From the NCBI GenBank assembly GCA_964408285.1, contig CAYOYV010000003.1, positions 125,067 to 189,066 on the forward strand: a DNA stretch of 64,000 nucleotides, in the 5' to 3' direction. The DNA comes from an uncultured Nitrososphaerota archaeon (lineage in GTDB: Archaea > Thermoproteota > EX4484-205 > JAAOZO01). The translations under genes and the position numbers were made by a program. This document shows, one piece after another, positions 50,804-61,715 of the stretch (its first letter is position 1; each line of letters starts with the position of its first letter). The notes beneath the pieces are model-generated. The model did no database searches and was not told the DNA's origin. It saw nothing but the letters and a program-made list of their open reading frames with translations.

Positions 50804-51667
50804 TTGTCAAGCAATGTGATCACGCCCTTTGATCCATGGAAGAGCCGGCTATGCACATGCCCCCCCAAGATGGTGCTTTCTCCCTACGTGGGGTGCGGTC
50901 ACTCGTGCGTCTATTGCTACATAACATCGTATATTCCCAAGGCCTTCGAGCCCAGGCCCAAGAAGCAATTCCTGGAAAGGCTGGAACGGTCACTATCCAA
51001 GAAGATTCCAAAGGAACCAGTCGAGTTGGCGGCAAGTTCGGATGTATATCAACCTCTTGAAGCCGTCCTCAGACTCACTAGAGGAGCACTCAAACTCTTG
51101 GCGGATCACGATTGTCGTGTACAGATTCTCACCAAATCCGATCTGGTTCTAAGGGATGCTGATATCTTGAGTCGGGGAAGATTCAGTGTCGGGATGACAC
51201 TAACCACGATAATGGAGAAAGTAGCTAGGAAACTGGAACCAAATGCTTCTTCGCCGAGCATACGAGTCCGTGCTCTACAGAGCCTCACCAATCTTGGAAT
51301 TCCGACGTTTGCTAGGATAGATCCCATAATACCATGGGTCAATGATGAGGAGATTGATCAACTCATCAACGCATTGGCCAATGCCGGCGTTAGGCAGATA
51401 ACTTGTTCTACCTACAAGGCTAGATGGGACAGCTTGTCTCGACTCTCGGGCTCATTTCCGGAGATTAGGGAGAAGCTCCTCACGGCGTTTCGCGAAGGCA
51501 CGCAGATCCAAAGGACTAGATATCTACCAAAGGGCGTAAGACTTGCGCTCATGAGTATGGCCAAGCACGCGACTAAGGATAGAGGGATTGGTTTCGCCAC
51601 TTGCAGAGAGGGACTCCAATACCTGAATTCGGCCAGAACATGTGATGGCACCCACCTGATACCCTAA
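50804..51667 (+). CDS. Radical SAM protein (SplB-like family)
   Basis: CGHSCVYC, SDVYQPLE, ILTKS, LEPNA and RIDPIIP motifs. Confidence 0.88.
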   Translation: MSSNVITPFDPWKSRLCTCPPKMVLSPYVGCGHSCVYCYITSYIPKAFEPRPKKQFLERLERSLSKKIPKEPVELAASSDVYQPLEAVLRLTRGALKLLADHDCRVQILTKSDLVLRDADILSRGRFSVGMTLTTIMEKVARKLEPNASSPSIRVRALQSLTNLGIPTFARIDPIIPWVNDEEIDQLINALANAGVRQITCSTYKARWDSLSRLSGSFPEIREKLLTAFREGTQIQRTRYLPKGVRLALMSMAKHATKDRGIGFATCREGLQYLNSARTCDGTHLIP

Positions 51668-52491
51668 TCACTCTTCATCAGCAAAGCAATGATGTAGATC
51701 AAGCTTGACGCGAGAGCTATGGTACCCGAGGATGGCACGTTAACCAGAGCCGATAGCCCCAGACCGAATATTCCGGCAGAGAACGCTATCGCAAAGGAGG
51801 CCAATAGCATCTTGTCGAGTTTCTTGGTAACGATGGAAGCCAGAGCCGCAGGAGGAATTATCGCAGCATGCACGAGGAGGGCCCCCATGGTCCTAGCCAC
51901 TATCACACCAGAAGCAGCTATGAGAGAGAAGAGAAAATAGCTGTACAGTCTGACGTTCAGCCCCATCTGCGACGCTCCTTCTGGATCGAACGCTATGTAG
52001 GTGAACTCCTTCCTGAAAAGGAGTATGGCGAACAAGGTGACTGTGGAGAAGAATCCCAGTAACCCAATGTCCGTCCACGTAAGCAGGAGCAGATCACCTA
52101 CGAGGAATCCGTCAATGCGAGCAGCGATCCCGCTTGAGCCTGATCCTTTCAGAACAGCATAGATTGCCACCGAGAGTGCAAGTACAGAACCCATAACGAT
52201 ACTCATCTCGTGAGTTGTGCTTCTTTCTCCGGCCCGAGCTATGAGAAAGATTGTCACCAGCGTGAATGCCAGTGCGAATATGACGGGATCTAGCTGCAGA
52301 TCGAGAATGCTTCCCAGGAAAATGCCGATCGCTGCTCCGGCAAGTGCAGCATGGGACACCTCGGCAGGCAGATATCCCAAGCCCCTGAAATTCGAGAAAA
52401 CAACCGGCAGTGTCGCTATGCTGGAGAAGAGTATTGCCAACACTGCTCTGATGAAGAATGGCTCGATTAGAAGGTCAAGAATATTACCCAT
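51664..52491 (-). CDS. znuB: Zn/Mn ABC transporter permease
   Basis: SHAALAG, FLVGDLL, AFDPEGA..G, GALLV and PSSGTI motifs. Confidence 0.9.
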   Translation of the reverse strand: MGNILDLLIEPFFIRAVLAILFSSIATLPVVFSNFRGLGYLPAEVSHAALAGAAIGIFLGSILDLQLDPVIFALAFTLVTIFLIARAGERSTTHEMSIVMGSVLALSVAIYAVLKGSGSSGIAARIDGFLVGDLLLLTWTDIGLLGFFSTVTLFAILLFRKEFTYIAFDPEGASQMGLNVRLYSYFLFSLIAASGVIVARTMGALLVHAAIIPPAALASIVTKKLDKMLLASFAIAFSAGIFGLGLSALVNVPSSGTIALASSLIYIIALLMKSD

Positions 52492-53290
52492 GATGTACGT
52501 CACCTGTAAGGGTGTAACACACTCCTCCGAAACTGAGTACTCTCACGCCTGGTCCATATGCCTCTTCAAGAGCCTCTTGAGTCAACGCCTCAAGTGGAGG
52601 GCCGCAGGAAATCAGCCTCTTGTTCAGAAGCAGAAGGGAGTCTATGTGTTCCGACAGGATATTGAAGTCGTGAACAACCATGAAGATGCTAATCCCTTTT
52701 TTCGAATTCAGTTCCTCGAGGAAGCCTATTATGCTCTTCTGTGCCCTGGCATCAACCCCGATGAAAGGTTCATCGAGAAACAGTATCTTAGGACTTGAGG
52801 CCAATGCACGGGCAACCATAACTCTTTGCTGCTGTCCCCCACTCAATTCGCCAAACAGCTTATCATTGACTTCAAGGAGTCCCACTGTCCCCAGCAGTTC
52901 CTCGACCTGCTGGATATCAGCTTTCGTGGTGATCCTTGGCAAACCCTTTCTTATCTGTATGCCCATCTCAATGACATCCGCAACCGTGAGCGGCACCTCT
53001 GTTGAGACACTTTCCTTCTGCGGGATGTAGCCAACGATGCTCCTGATCTTGTCCTGGTCTGAGAACGGATCGAGACCCAGCATTCGAACGGAACCCCTTA
53101 CCGGCCTTATCATTCCCAGCATAGCCTTCAACAGGGTTGTCTTGCCTGCGCCATTCGGCCCTAGGATTATGCTGAAAGAGGGATGTCCGATCCGAAATGT
53201 CACATCTGAAAGAACCACATTTCCATCGTAAGCTATCGTAAGCGAATCTGCGCCAAAGAAGTCCTCCTCACGCCTTTCGCCTTTCGACAT
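52484..53290 (-). CDS. znuC: Zn/Mn ABC transporter ATPase
   Basis: GPNGAGKTT, GYIPQ, LSGGQQQR, LDEPF.GVD and HD motifs; C-terminal C..HH. Confidence 0.92.
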   Translation of the reverse strand: MSKGERREEDFFGADSLTIAYDGNVVLSDVTFRIGHPSFSIILGPNGAGKTTLLKAMLGMIRPVRGSVRMLGLDPFSDQDKIRSIVGYIPQKESVSTEVPLTVADVIEMGIQIRKGLPRITTKADIQQVEELLGTVGLLEVNDKLFGELSGGQQQRVMVARALASSPKILFLDEPFIGVDARAQKSIIGFLEELNSKKGISIFMVVHDFNILSEHIDSLLLLNKRLISCGPPLEALTQEALEEAYGPGVRVLSFGGVCYTLTGDVHHG

Positions 53291-53360
53291 GAATCCCATT
53301 TGAGCAGAGTCCACGTCATATATACGTTTTCAGAAAAGAATGAATTGATCCTTCGTGTGC

Positions 53361-54392
53361 CTAAGTCTGCCGTCTTCGGATCGCGAAAACATAGTATTCG
53401 AAAAACGCAATCGCTAGAAGCAAAACGACAATGGCGAACAGAATCATATGAAGATCATCAAGTGAGTTCGGGTTCTTGCCAGTCGCTGCCCTGAAACCGG
53501 TTGCCAGAGCCCCGGCGTTATACATGATCATCGAATCAAATGAAGGATCTGGCAGAGCCGTCAGTACGACCATGGGAACGCCGGTTTCGGCAGATATTTG
53601 CCCGGCGGACTCAAATACCTTCGTCAATTCAGTCAAGTCAGATGATACGATCAGACTGTATTCTCCCGCTCTAAGCTTTGCTATGATGTCGTTTATGCGG
53701 GTCGCAGACAAAGTTATTTCCTCGGTGGACCCCACCAGGGACTCCCCAATGACTAGGGAGAAAGGGGCAATCAAATACTGCTCCTCAGGATACGTTATCA
53801 GCACTTTGGGATTCTGTTTGGCCAAGGATTTTGACAACTGGCCGGTCTTGGCAATAAGCGAATGGATTCGTTCCTGCAAAAGTGCATAGCTCCGCTCGAA
53901 ATTCTGGGCCTGCTCCGGCCTAATGTCTGATAGCCTCGCCTGAACTGCTTTTGCGATCGCAAGATAATTCTCCGGCAGATACCAGAAACCGTGTAAGTTG
54001 TCTTCAGTTTCGCCCGGTAATCTAAGCCACCTCAGCTGACCAGCTAGGTCGGTCCTCAGATTTACCACCACATCTCTTTCTGATCTCCCCTTCAGGGTAG
54101 CGATTTGAGACGATAGATCAAGCTCCCATTTCAGATGCCCTGAGATCACGAGCAGATCAGCTTTCATGGCTTCGGAAACAATGCTCGGAACCAAGGAATA
54201 TTCGTGAGGATCAATAGTGGGAGGAAGCAGCACTATCACATTGACCAAGTCTCCTCCCACCTCCTTGACTGGGCCAGCAATCATTCCGTAAGATACTGCG
54301 ACTGCCACAACCGGACTATCCGCATATGAAGGAGGGAGGTGACAGAATGCGGCAAGTGCAATCAGAGGTAGGCATCTCAGGAGACTTGTCAT
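53361..54392 (-). CDS. znuA: Zn/Mn ABC substrate-binding protein with a C-terminal TM anchor
   Basis: Signal peptide; DPHEY, ADLLVISG and NLHGFW motifs; terminal TM helix followed by RRR. Confidence 0.85.
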   Translation of the reverse strand: MTSLLRCLPLIALAAFCHLPPSYADSPVVAVAVSYGMIAGPVKEVGGDLVNVIVLLPPTIDPHEYSLVPSIVSEAMKADLLVISGHLKWELDLSSQIATLKGRSERDVVVNLRTDLAGQLRWLRLPGETEDNLHGFWYLPENYLAIAKAVQARLSDIRPEQAQNFERSYALLQERIHSLIAKTGQLSKSLAKQNPKVLITYPEEQYLIAPFSLVIGESLVGSTEEITLSATRINDIIAKLRAGEYSLIVSSDLTELTKVFESAGQISAETGVPMVVLTALPDPSFDSMIMYNAGALATGFRAATGKNPNSLDDLHMILFAIVVLLLAIAFFEYYVFAIRRRQT

Positions 54393-55183
54393 TCGCTGAA
54401 CAACCCTTTGAAATAATCCTCCTCGACCCGCAATGAGGAATCAAGACTCATCGGAGTGATGGAGATGGATCTCTCCGCCCAGACAGCATGAAGATCCGTT
54501 TCTCTTTCAAACTCAGGGCTGGGCCTGAAAGCTCCCCATTGCCAGTAGTACGGTCTTCCCCTGGGATCTTTCCTTTCCATTACGTTGTCAGCATATTTGC
54601 TTCTACCAAGTCTCGTTATCTTCATGCGGGTTGTTTGTGTTATTTCGAAAGGGAAATTGACATTCAGATAATCGACGCCTACTGGCAGACCCTTCCGAAG
54701 GACATGAGCTGAGATCCTTTCTGCGAAGTCCGAAGCAACTGCGAGCTTCTCGTTCAGTGCTCCCTTCGATGGTCGTGAACTCTCAGGGAGAGCAAGCGAG
54801 AAAGCGATCGCCTTGATTCCCATCACTGCTCCTTGCATGGCAGCTGCGACGGTCCCGCTTGCAAAAACCGTCTGCGCTGTTACATTGTCCCCGAGATTTA
54901 TTCCAGATATAACGATGTCGGGAAGAGCCCCAGACAGGATCTGGCTCACTCCTAAGAGAACGCAATCGGCTGGATTTCCAGACACAGCATAGCCATGGCG
55001 TCCACCTATGCTCATTTTTCTGACCCTCAATGGCTTGTGAAAGGTCAGGCTCATCCCTGTCGCACTTCGAGGCGACTCAGGAGCTATTACCGTAATGCGT
55101 CCCACTGATTTCAGTTTGTCACACAGGGGCCACAATCCCTGACTCGCGATGCCATCATCATTCGTGACGAGTATCGTAGGCAT
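54389..55183 (-). CDS. surE: 5'/3'-nucleotidase SurE
   Basis: ILVTNDDGI, G.PADCV, SGINLG, SGTVAAA, LNVNFP and DPRGRPYYW motifs. Confidence 0.96.
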   Translation of the reverse strand: MPTILVTNDDGIASQGLWPLCDKLKSVGRITVIAPESPRSATGMSLTFHKPLRVRKMSIGGRHGYAVSGNPADCVLLGVSQILSGALPDIVISGINLGDNVTAQTVFASGTVAAAMQGAVMGIKAIAFSLALPESSRPSKGALNEKLAVASDFAERISAHVLRKGLPVGVDYLNVNFPFEITQTTRMKITRLGRSKYADNVMERKDPRGRPYYWQWGAFRPSPEFERETDLHAVWAERSISITPMSLDSSLRVEEDYFKGLFSE

Positions 55184-55253
55184 ACGGCGGAATCTCTCGG
55201 AGATACAAGGAACCTAAGTCTTAAATGTGGTGGTGCCCTTGTCCGGGATTCTT

Positions 55254-57185
55254 CTAGAAAGGCTTTGATGTAACGACTCTTCCCACAATTGTGACGGCCA
55301 CCGCAATTGCGACAGCCAGGGCGATGCCCGCGAATGTGCCAGCTATTATTACGGATCTTCTCACCTCCCATTGTTCCTTTCCCATTCTTCTCTCAAGGTA
55401 TTTGCCTATTAGAGCGCCAATTAGGTATGTCGTAGAATAGGGAGGAAGGGTCGTTAAGCCAGCCAATAACCCTATGGGAGAGAAGAAGGCCACTTGCAAG
55501 TGAGAAAAAACCATCGTGACAAGAAATGTGGCGACGGCCGAAATGGCTATGACATCCACCTTGAAGATGTCAATCGATCTTGAGACCCAAAGCGAGAAAT
55601 AGAGGGCGTTAATGGGCCAATTGTAGGCCGTCCATGGGTAGAATGCGGATGGGATGGGTGCCATGTTCCAGAAGATCGAGACATAGAGAAAGGAAAGGAA
55701 AATAGCGACTCCAAGGAAGAGTAAGTAGGCCTTGTAGTAATCCAGAGGTCTGACGTTGAGAAGTTTGGCGACCTTCACTCTGTGCGTTATTATTGATGCG
55801 GCGCTTGTGACCTGCACGGGAACTATCCATGGGACTACATCGTTCGCCCTTGTGAAGGGAACGAAGAAAGCCTCCCTCACATACGGTATCGTGACGGATA
55901 GACCAGTCTCTGCCGTAGCTCTCGCTGCCAATGCTCCATTGAAAAACGGGAAAATGGCGAATGATATTATCCAGATTAACCACAATTCAGGCATGAGGGC
56001 AATGGCCAGTGCCACACCAATCAACGAACCGACTCCAAATAGTACAATGATCCATTTGAAGGGGATGTACGAGGTCTTAAGCTGATCCCTTGTAAGATGT
56101 CTCAGCGACGAGAATGCCTTCACTATTCCCTTGAAACCGATTGCGAATACTGCGAGCGCGATTCCTATCCCGAAACCAACATGTGGGCTGGCCCATAGAT
56201 CGAATATGGATCTTTGTGCCCACCATTGGATCGGTGCGCCGTAGGTCCATTCCTTCTGCCACATCTTGAAATATGGAAGGTCTATTTTCAAGGCTATTGC
56301 GTTGCCGAATACCCAAGTGAACATGGAACCGATGAACAACCAGACTGTGGCATTGAATGGTATCAGCCATCCGACCATGTAGTTGGCGATGTCCGTTCCC
56401 ACCGCGAAGACTGAGCCGGGAAGGAATCTTTCGATCGTTGAGGTGAGGTCGATCCACGGATAGGGTATAACGGTAATCTGCGTCCCCAAGAAAACAGACG
56501 TGAGGTTCGGGATGCCATATACAGTGAATTCGTATACGAGAGATATCACAGCCGCGAATGAGAAGTACATGATCTTCTCAGGAGTTCTTTCGGTCAGTGT
56601 CGAGATAGCTTGATAGTCAATTGGAGCAACTGGGAATGGTAGGTTCTCGACCTCTATGTATGCCATGCTAGTTATGAATGAGAGCCCATAATCGATCATC
56701 AGGATTGAAACCGTACTAATCAACGAAATCAAGATCGGAACAATCCAATCGGTGGAGAGGAAGGTCCTGTGAAGAGGCCCATAGCTGTCAAGGGCCGGAA
56801 CATGCCACAGAGGGAATTTGTCCGCCAATCCGTACAGGATTGTATAGGGCGCAGATCTATAGTAGTAACTGAGGATAAAGCCTCCAAACATGCCACCTCC
56901 TACAAAATAGAGGCCAAAAGCCTGAAGCATGAAATATATTATGTAGGCTTCTTGGGAGGTCACGTATCTCTTCACTATCCTTCCAACTTCGGTGAATAGC
57001 AGGATGGTCACAAACACAGGCACGAATCTCTCCGTGCCCCCCAATGGTCCAACGGCGAAGCCCAGATACATGAGGGCAGGTACTGTGGTTACAAGTCCGA
57101 AGAGAACGGCTGAGACAGAGACAACCGTTAGCCCTGGAATGAAGGGTTCCTTCTCCTGCTTCCTTTCGATTGCCATTGAACTCAC
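55254..57185 (-). CDS. OPT/YSL-like polytopic membrane protein
   Basis: More than 12 predicted TM helices; E.LPFP..P motif; coupled to the upstream M28/FtsX gene. Confidence 0.72.
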   Translation of the reverse strand: MSSMAIERKQEKEPFIPGLTVVSVSAVLFGLVTTVPALMYLGFAVGPLGGTERFVPVFVTILLFTEVGRIVKRYVTSQEAYIIYFMLQAFGLYFVGGGMFGGFILSYYYRSAPYTILYGLADKFPLWHVPALDSYGPLHRTFLSTDWIVPILISLISTVSILMIDYGLSFITSMAYIEVENLPFPVAPIDYQAISTLTERTPEKIMYFSFAAVISLVYEFTVYGIPNLTSVFLGTQITVIPYPWIDLTSTIERFLPGSVFAVGTDIANYMVGWLIPFNATVWLFIGSMFTWVFGNAIALKIDLPYFKMWQKEWTYGAPIQWWAQRSIFDLWASPHVGFGIGIALAVFAIGFKGIVKAFSSLRHLTRDQLKTSYIPFKWIIVLFGVGSLIGVALAIALMPELWLIWIISFAIFPFFNGALAARATAETGLSVTIPYVREAFFVPFTRANDVVPWIVPVQVTSAASIITHRVKVAKLLNVRPLDYYKAYLLFLGVAIFLSFLYVSIFWNMAPIPSAFYPWTAYNWPINALYFSLWVSRSIDIFKVDVIAISAVATFLVTMVFSHLQVAFFSPIGLLAGLTTLPPYSTTYLIGALIGKYLERRMGKEQWEVRRSVIIAGTFAGIALAVAIAVAVTIVGRVVTSKPF

Positions 57186-60100
57186 CCCAAGAGATCCTGA
57201 TCCCTCGCGGTCTGGATGTACCCCTTTTCGTCCTCCGGAGAAAGCAAGCTCCAGACCAGCATCTGTTTCCTCACCTCATCCACGAAGGGATAGTTAAACC
57301 TGACCCATGAGTCATATGGGCCAGAAACCCTCTGGAGATTCAGGGATACCAAGTGCCTCTGTTCCGTCTTGCTTTTTGTTATGGTCAAGTTCATTTCCTG
57401 TCTGATATCTTGCTCGTATGGTGCAAGCCACACCCTTGCCTTGATGTTCCACGTTGATTCAGTTCTGGATGCAATAACGCTCTCGACGGAGAAGACCCCG
57501 GCTCTCTCGATTCTCTTGTTCCAGAGGTACTCCCTCATGAACGCCGCAATGCCTCCCGCTCTCTCATCGTCCTTAATCCTAAATGGTATGGGAATGTCCC
57601 ATAGATCCCCTTTCGGCTTCGTAGGAAGCCTCCATCTCCTCTCCAATGATGGAGTCACAAGAATTGATATCCTGTACAACGGATAGAGAGATGCCAGTAG
57701 AACCATGACAATCACAGAGCCAATGGCCACAGTTACGAATGAGGAAGTGTAATTGACTGTGAGTTCAATGATCCCTAAGGTCCTCAAAAGATACGAGGCA
57801 GACAGGCCTGAAAGATAGCCTATCATTGATCCGACAATCGCATAGACAATGTTCTCCCCGAGAAACATGAGGCCTACCTGAAGAGGAGCAAGACCCAAGC
57901 TGCTGTAAATGTATCCCTCCTTCAGCCTCTCCATTGCACCACCTAGGATCGTTGACATTGTTATGAGCCCAGCTAGGATCATTGGTATGACCACGAACTG
58001 AAATCCAAAAAGGGTTGTCTCATTCTTCTTGGAAAAAGTGTACCGGGTGCCATTGTATGTCAAGTATACGTTCAATCCGTTGAAGGCAGAGAACAGCTTG
58101 CCCGCCTTGACGTAAAGTTCGTCAAAAGGCACTCCTTCGGCAGGTACGAAGACGCTTGTCAGGCTGGCCTCTGGTATCAGTTCAACGAGTCTGGCAGGAA
58201 CGAATATCACAGAACTCGCGCTGAAGGCATACTCGTACGAAGGAGGCACCCTCAGACTGCTCAGCATGAATGTGTCCATCGGCATCACATCACCCCTGGG
58301 ATTGTCGGAATCCTTGACATAGGTCAGCATCGCTGTGGTGTTCAGGATCGCGGCGATTCTAAGCCGGAAGCCATTCATGAGGATGCTGTCTCCAATGTCT
58401 ACCTTCAAGTTGCTTGCGAGGCCAGATGGGATAATCGCAGAGAAGGTATCATTTTGCTTGAACATTGAACCCTTGACCTTGAATTTGTCGAAATCCACGA
58501 AGGAAGCCTTCAGTTCGAGAGGGCTAATTCCAGCTAAGACATTGATTTCGGCTGTGGAACTCGCAGACGTTACAACGATGAATCCGGCAGCGCCCTCCCT
58601 TGCTATTGATGGCATGTAGACCCAATATCGAGCCGCGAATTCGCTCTTGTTTGTCAGATATATTGAGGCGAACGTCATAAAGTCTTTCTCGAGCGGTGCG
58701 AAGTTGGAAGTACGCAGAGTAATGCCATTGTATCTGACGTCAGTCGATTCTGGGGTTACTTGGAGCACCTTTATCTCCGTAACGGACGTCAGGGAGGTCA
58801 AGGCAAAACTCACAAATACGATGCCTGCCAACGTCAGGGCTGTTCTGAACTTGCGCTTTTGCAGGTTGCTAACTCCAATAGTGACGGCAGAAAACGAAAC
58901 CTCAAAACCACTCCTTCCGAGAAAGTGGGCACCCAGGAGTTCCTTTCTCAGTTCTGAGAGACTCGATGAGAAATTCACAAATAGCAGGAACAGGACAGGT
59001 ATGACCAAAGCCAAGACTAGAGTTCCCATGAAAACCGCGGGGATGTTTGCGGCCAATCTGAATCCCGGGTGAAAGAGAGCCGGAATTGTGGCAACAACTA
59101 TGGCAATCGCGGCTGTTATAGAAACACTTCTCAGCCCCCTTGTGAGACCATATATCAGAGCTACGAAGAGAAGTACGAAGGGAATGGCCAAGGCGAATGT
59201 CATCACTATGCTTGTCACGGAGTCCCGCAACACTCCGAGGGAATATTCATAGGCCTTGACCGAAAGTCCCCACGCCAGAAGGGAGTCAGTTAACGATGCT
59301 TCGTAATCGAGTCTTTGAATTTCATCCGAAAGAGTGCTGTTGAACTCTGCAGCCAGTTTCAACTGCTCTCTCGTTGTTGGATCTATGACTTGGATGTCTC
59401 TCTGGGCGACATATCTTCCATAGGCGAGAGTCAAAGGTTCACGAAGCATGCCTGTCAAGGCGCCATCTATCAGGAGCCTGTCTCCCTCTTTTCCAATTAA
59501 GTACCCATAGCCGTCCTGATTCTCAAGCGTGACATTCGCGTATATTGCGATTGTCCTTGTCAATGATGTGCTTTTCAGCATGAATCCGAATCTGGTTCCA
59601 GGAGGTGCGTAGATCTGAGCGATAGATTGGACGGCATCGAAGTCAAATCCCCACGACTCCAACGGAGCGTACCCTGGCATGCGCATCACAGAAACACCCA
59701 GCGCGATGGGTGCCTCATAGCCGCCATAGCTCCTGAGATTGAGGGAGTAGGCATTCGTGACCTCATACAAGGAGTTCGGTGATGATGCAGCCTGCAATGT
59801 ATCAGAGCTAGTGATATCGAAGACCGTAGCGGTACCGCATTTGACGATGGCTGTTCTTGCAGTCGTTGGGTGACCCATGATGTTGATCATACTCGGATAG
59901 ACAGACCCTCTGGTTCCCTTGTCGGGAGCGTACATTATTCGGCCTTCTTGGTCGATCATGTAGGAAGAGATGGGAAGTATAGGGGCCTGACCAGACCCCA
60001 TAACGGGCGGAGCGGGTCCGTGGAATTCCGCCCATCCGGTTGCATTCGCCCTTGTAACAATCAAGGAGAATGGATCTAACGGATTTCCCGTGAAAACCAA

Positions 60101-61660
60101 GGCATTGGGGACTGGATTGTAGAGACTCGGATTCGTAGGGTCATACTCAAGCGCGTTGACGTAGAGGGTTGCGAAACCAACACCGCTGTAGGTCTCGCCG
60201 AGTCTAGATGGCTTGATCGGGTCCCACCCTCCTGAATAGATGCCATCAATTGGAGCCTTCAGGATATCAAGGAGAATATGGCCCAGGAATTGTGACTGAG
60301 GAAAGATGTTCTCAGTCTCCACAAAATCGACTGTGTCTGAGGGCGTGAAGAAGCGCAGCCTCATGTCATCATAGCTCACGACCCCCAATGCGATCGAGTT
60401 TGCCAGTTGAAATGGCTCCATGTCCATCATGTTCCTGAAACCGATTCCCTGACGGTATCCCGGGTTGGCAGTGTCATATCCAAGGCCAGTCAGCCCAGCC
60501 AGAGGAATGGTGCCGATCTTGGCCCAAGACCCTGGGTACGATTTCTGAAAAGATCCGAGTGAATCTCTGATGAGTCTTTGGATATTGTCCAGTCTCCTAT
60601 ATCCCCAATTCGACATGATGCTGTAGAACAACCCGGAATACACCAAGTTTAGGTGAGGAGTTCCGGATGTCAATTCGAGATCGATAACGAGATAGGGGAA
60701 GATCCGGTTTCCGATACTAGGATCGAAGTAAGTCTTCTCAACGAATTCCCTTGCTCCACTCAATGCCTGCCAGTGTCCGGATGTGGCTATGAACCACACA
60801 GTATATTTGGGGGAGAATCCTTGCTCTTTTAGCGATCTTATGAATTCCAGCAGATTGGCAACGCTTACGGCATCATCGGCCCCTGGTGAGATAGCTGGGA
60901 CTATGGATGCAGAGTCATAGTGGGCTGTAATGATAATGACCTTTGAGGGATCCTCGGCACCCTTAATCTCCCCAACGATGTTCATTCCGGTCACTTCTTT
61001 CCATCGCATGCCATTCAGGATTTCGGTCGAAGGACTCAATCTGGACAATTCCCTGAGCTCCTCCGCTTCAGGGCCCATCACATATAGTCTGGGAGTCGTT
61101 AGGGGTGCAGATGACACCTTCGCCATCGCTTCAAAACGAGTCGTGGCACCATCTTCCAGAAACACTACTGCTGAGGCCCCCAACTTGACTGCAGTAATCC
61201 AGGCGCTTCCGGAATTGAACTCGAGGAGGACGATATTGCCTCGGATATCTCGGCCGTTCAGTTCCCGAGGGGTTCCATGCCCCAGGTAGACAAGCTTGCC
61301 TGAGGCCCTGACCTCTCCTGTCGCTATGCTGTTCGGATAGAGTGAGTGAGCTTTGATTGTGCGTCCTCCCACTTTCAAGCTGGATCCTCCGTCATACGGA
61401 ACTGTCAACGTGTAATTGACGAGTCTTACTTGAAGCCCCAGACTCCTGAATCTCTCGGCTATGATCCCACCGGCTTCATAGGACCCAGGATATCCCGTGA
61501 ACCGAGACTCCAAAGAGGATAACAAAGCAATGTCGTCCCTAACTCGGTCGATTGAAATGGCGGGTTGCTGCCCCTTGACAGTTGGGCATCCGTCGTTCAA
61601 AATGAAAGCGAAAATCAGAAGAACGATGAAAATCCTCTTCAGATGAGTATCCTTAGCCAA
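57182..61660 (-). CDS. 1492-aa fusion of a PA/M28-like ectodomain, a TM block and an FtsX-like permease
   Basis: Signal peptide; SRFTGYPG, NIVGEIKG, TAHYDS and GADD motifs; RKFRTALTL; GAMERLKEGYIYSSLGLAP..MFLGE. Confidence 0.82.
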   Translation of the reverse strand: MAKDTHLKRIFIVLLIFAFILNDGCPTVKGQQPAISIDRVRDDIALLSSLESRFTGYPGSYEAGGIIAERFRSLGLQVRLVNYTLTVPYDGGSSLKVGGRTIKAHSLYPNSIATGEVRASGKLVYLGHGTPRELNGRDIRGNIVLLEFNSGSAWITAVKLGASAVVFLEDGATTRFEAMAKVSSAPLTTPRLYVMGPEAEELRELSRLSPSTEILNGMRWKEVTGMNIVGEIKGAEDPSKVIIITAHYDSASIVPAISPGADDAVSVANLLEFIRSLKEQGFSPKYTVWFIATSGHWQALSGAREFVEKTYFDPSIGNRIFPYLVIDLELTSGTPHLNLVYSGLFYSIMSNWGYRRLDNIQRLIRDSLGSFQKSYPGSWAKIGTIPLAGLTGLGYDTANPGYRQGIGFRNMMDMEPFQLANSIALGVVSYDDMRLRFFTPSDTVDFVETENIFPQSQFLGHILLDILKAPIDGIYSGGWDPIKPSRLGETYSGVGFATLYVNALEYDPTNPSLYNPVPNALVFTGNPLDPFSLIVTRANATGWAEFHGPAPPVMGSGQAPILPISSYMIDQEGRIMYAPDKGTRGSVYPSMINIMGHPTTARTAIVKCGTATVFDITSSDTLQAASSPNSLYEVTNAYSLNLRSYGGYEAPIALGVSVMRMPGYAPLESWGFDFDAVQSIAQIYAPPGTRFGFMLKSTSLTRTIAIYANVTLENQDGYGYLIGKEGDRLLIDGALTGMLREPLTLAYGRYVAQRDIQVIDPTTREQLKLAAEFNSTLSDEIQRLDYEASLTDSLLAWGLSVKAYEYSLGVLRDSVTSIVMTFALAIPFVLLFVALIYGLTRGLRSVSITAAIAIVVATIPALFHPGFRLAANIPAVFMGTLVLALVIPVLFLLFVNFSSSLSELRKELLGAHFLGRSGFEVSFSAVTIGVSNLQKRKFRTALTLAGIVFVSFALTSLTSVTEIKVLQVTPESTDVRYNGITLRTSNFAPLEKDFMTFASIYLTNKSEFAARYWVYMPSIAREGAAGFIVVTSASSTAEINVLAGISPLELKASFVDFDKFKVKGSMFKQNDTFSAIIPSGLASNLKVDIGDSILMNGFRLRIAAILNTTAMLTYVKDSDNPRGDVMPMDTFMLSSLRVPPSYEYAFSASSVIFVPARLVELIPEASLTSVFVPAEGVPFDELYVKAGKLFSAFNGLNVYLTYNGTRYTFSKKNETTLFGFQFVVIPMILAGLITMSTILGGAMERLKEGYIYSSLGLAPLQVGLMFLGENIVYAIVGSMIGYLSGLSASYLLRTLGIIELTVNYTSSFVTVAIGSVIVMVLLASLYPLYRISILVTPSLERRWRLPTKPKGDLWDIPIPFRIKDDERAGGIAAFMREYLWNKRIERAGVFSVESVIASRTESTWNIKARVWLAPYEQDIRQEMNLTITKSKTEQRHLVSLNLQRVSGPYDSWVRFNYPFVDEVRKQMLVWSLLSPEDEKGYIQTARDQDLLG

Positions 61661-61691
61661 TAGTCCCTCCTAGACTCCTAAGAACGAGAAT

Positions 61692-61698
61692 AAAAAAA
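61692..61698 (-). terminator. Possible oligo-T terminator
   Basis: T7 tract on the minus strand 17 nt after the stop of 61716-63707. Confidence 0.35.
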
Positions 61699-61715
61699 TG
61701 TTGGAGGCCACGAGC

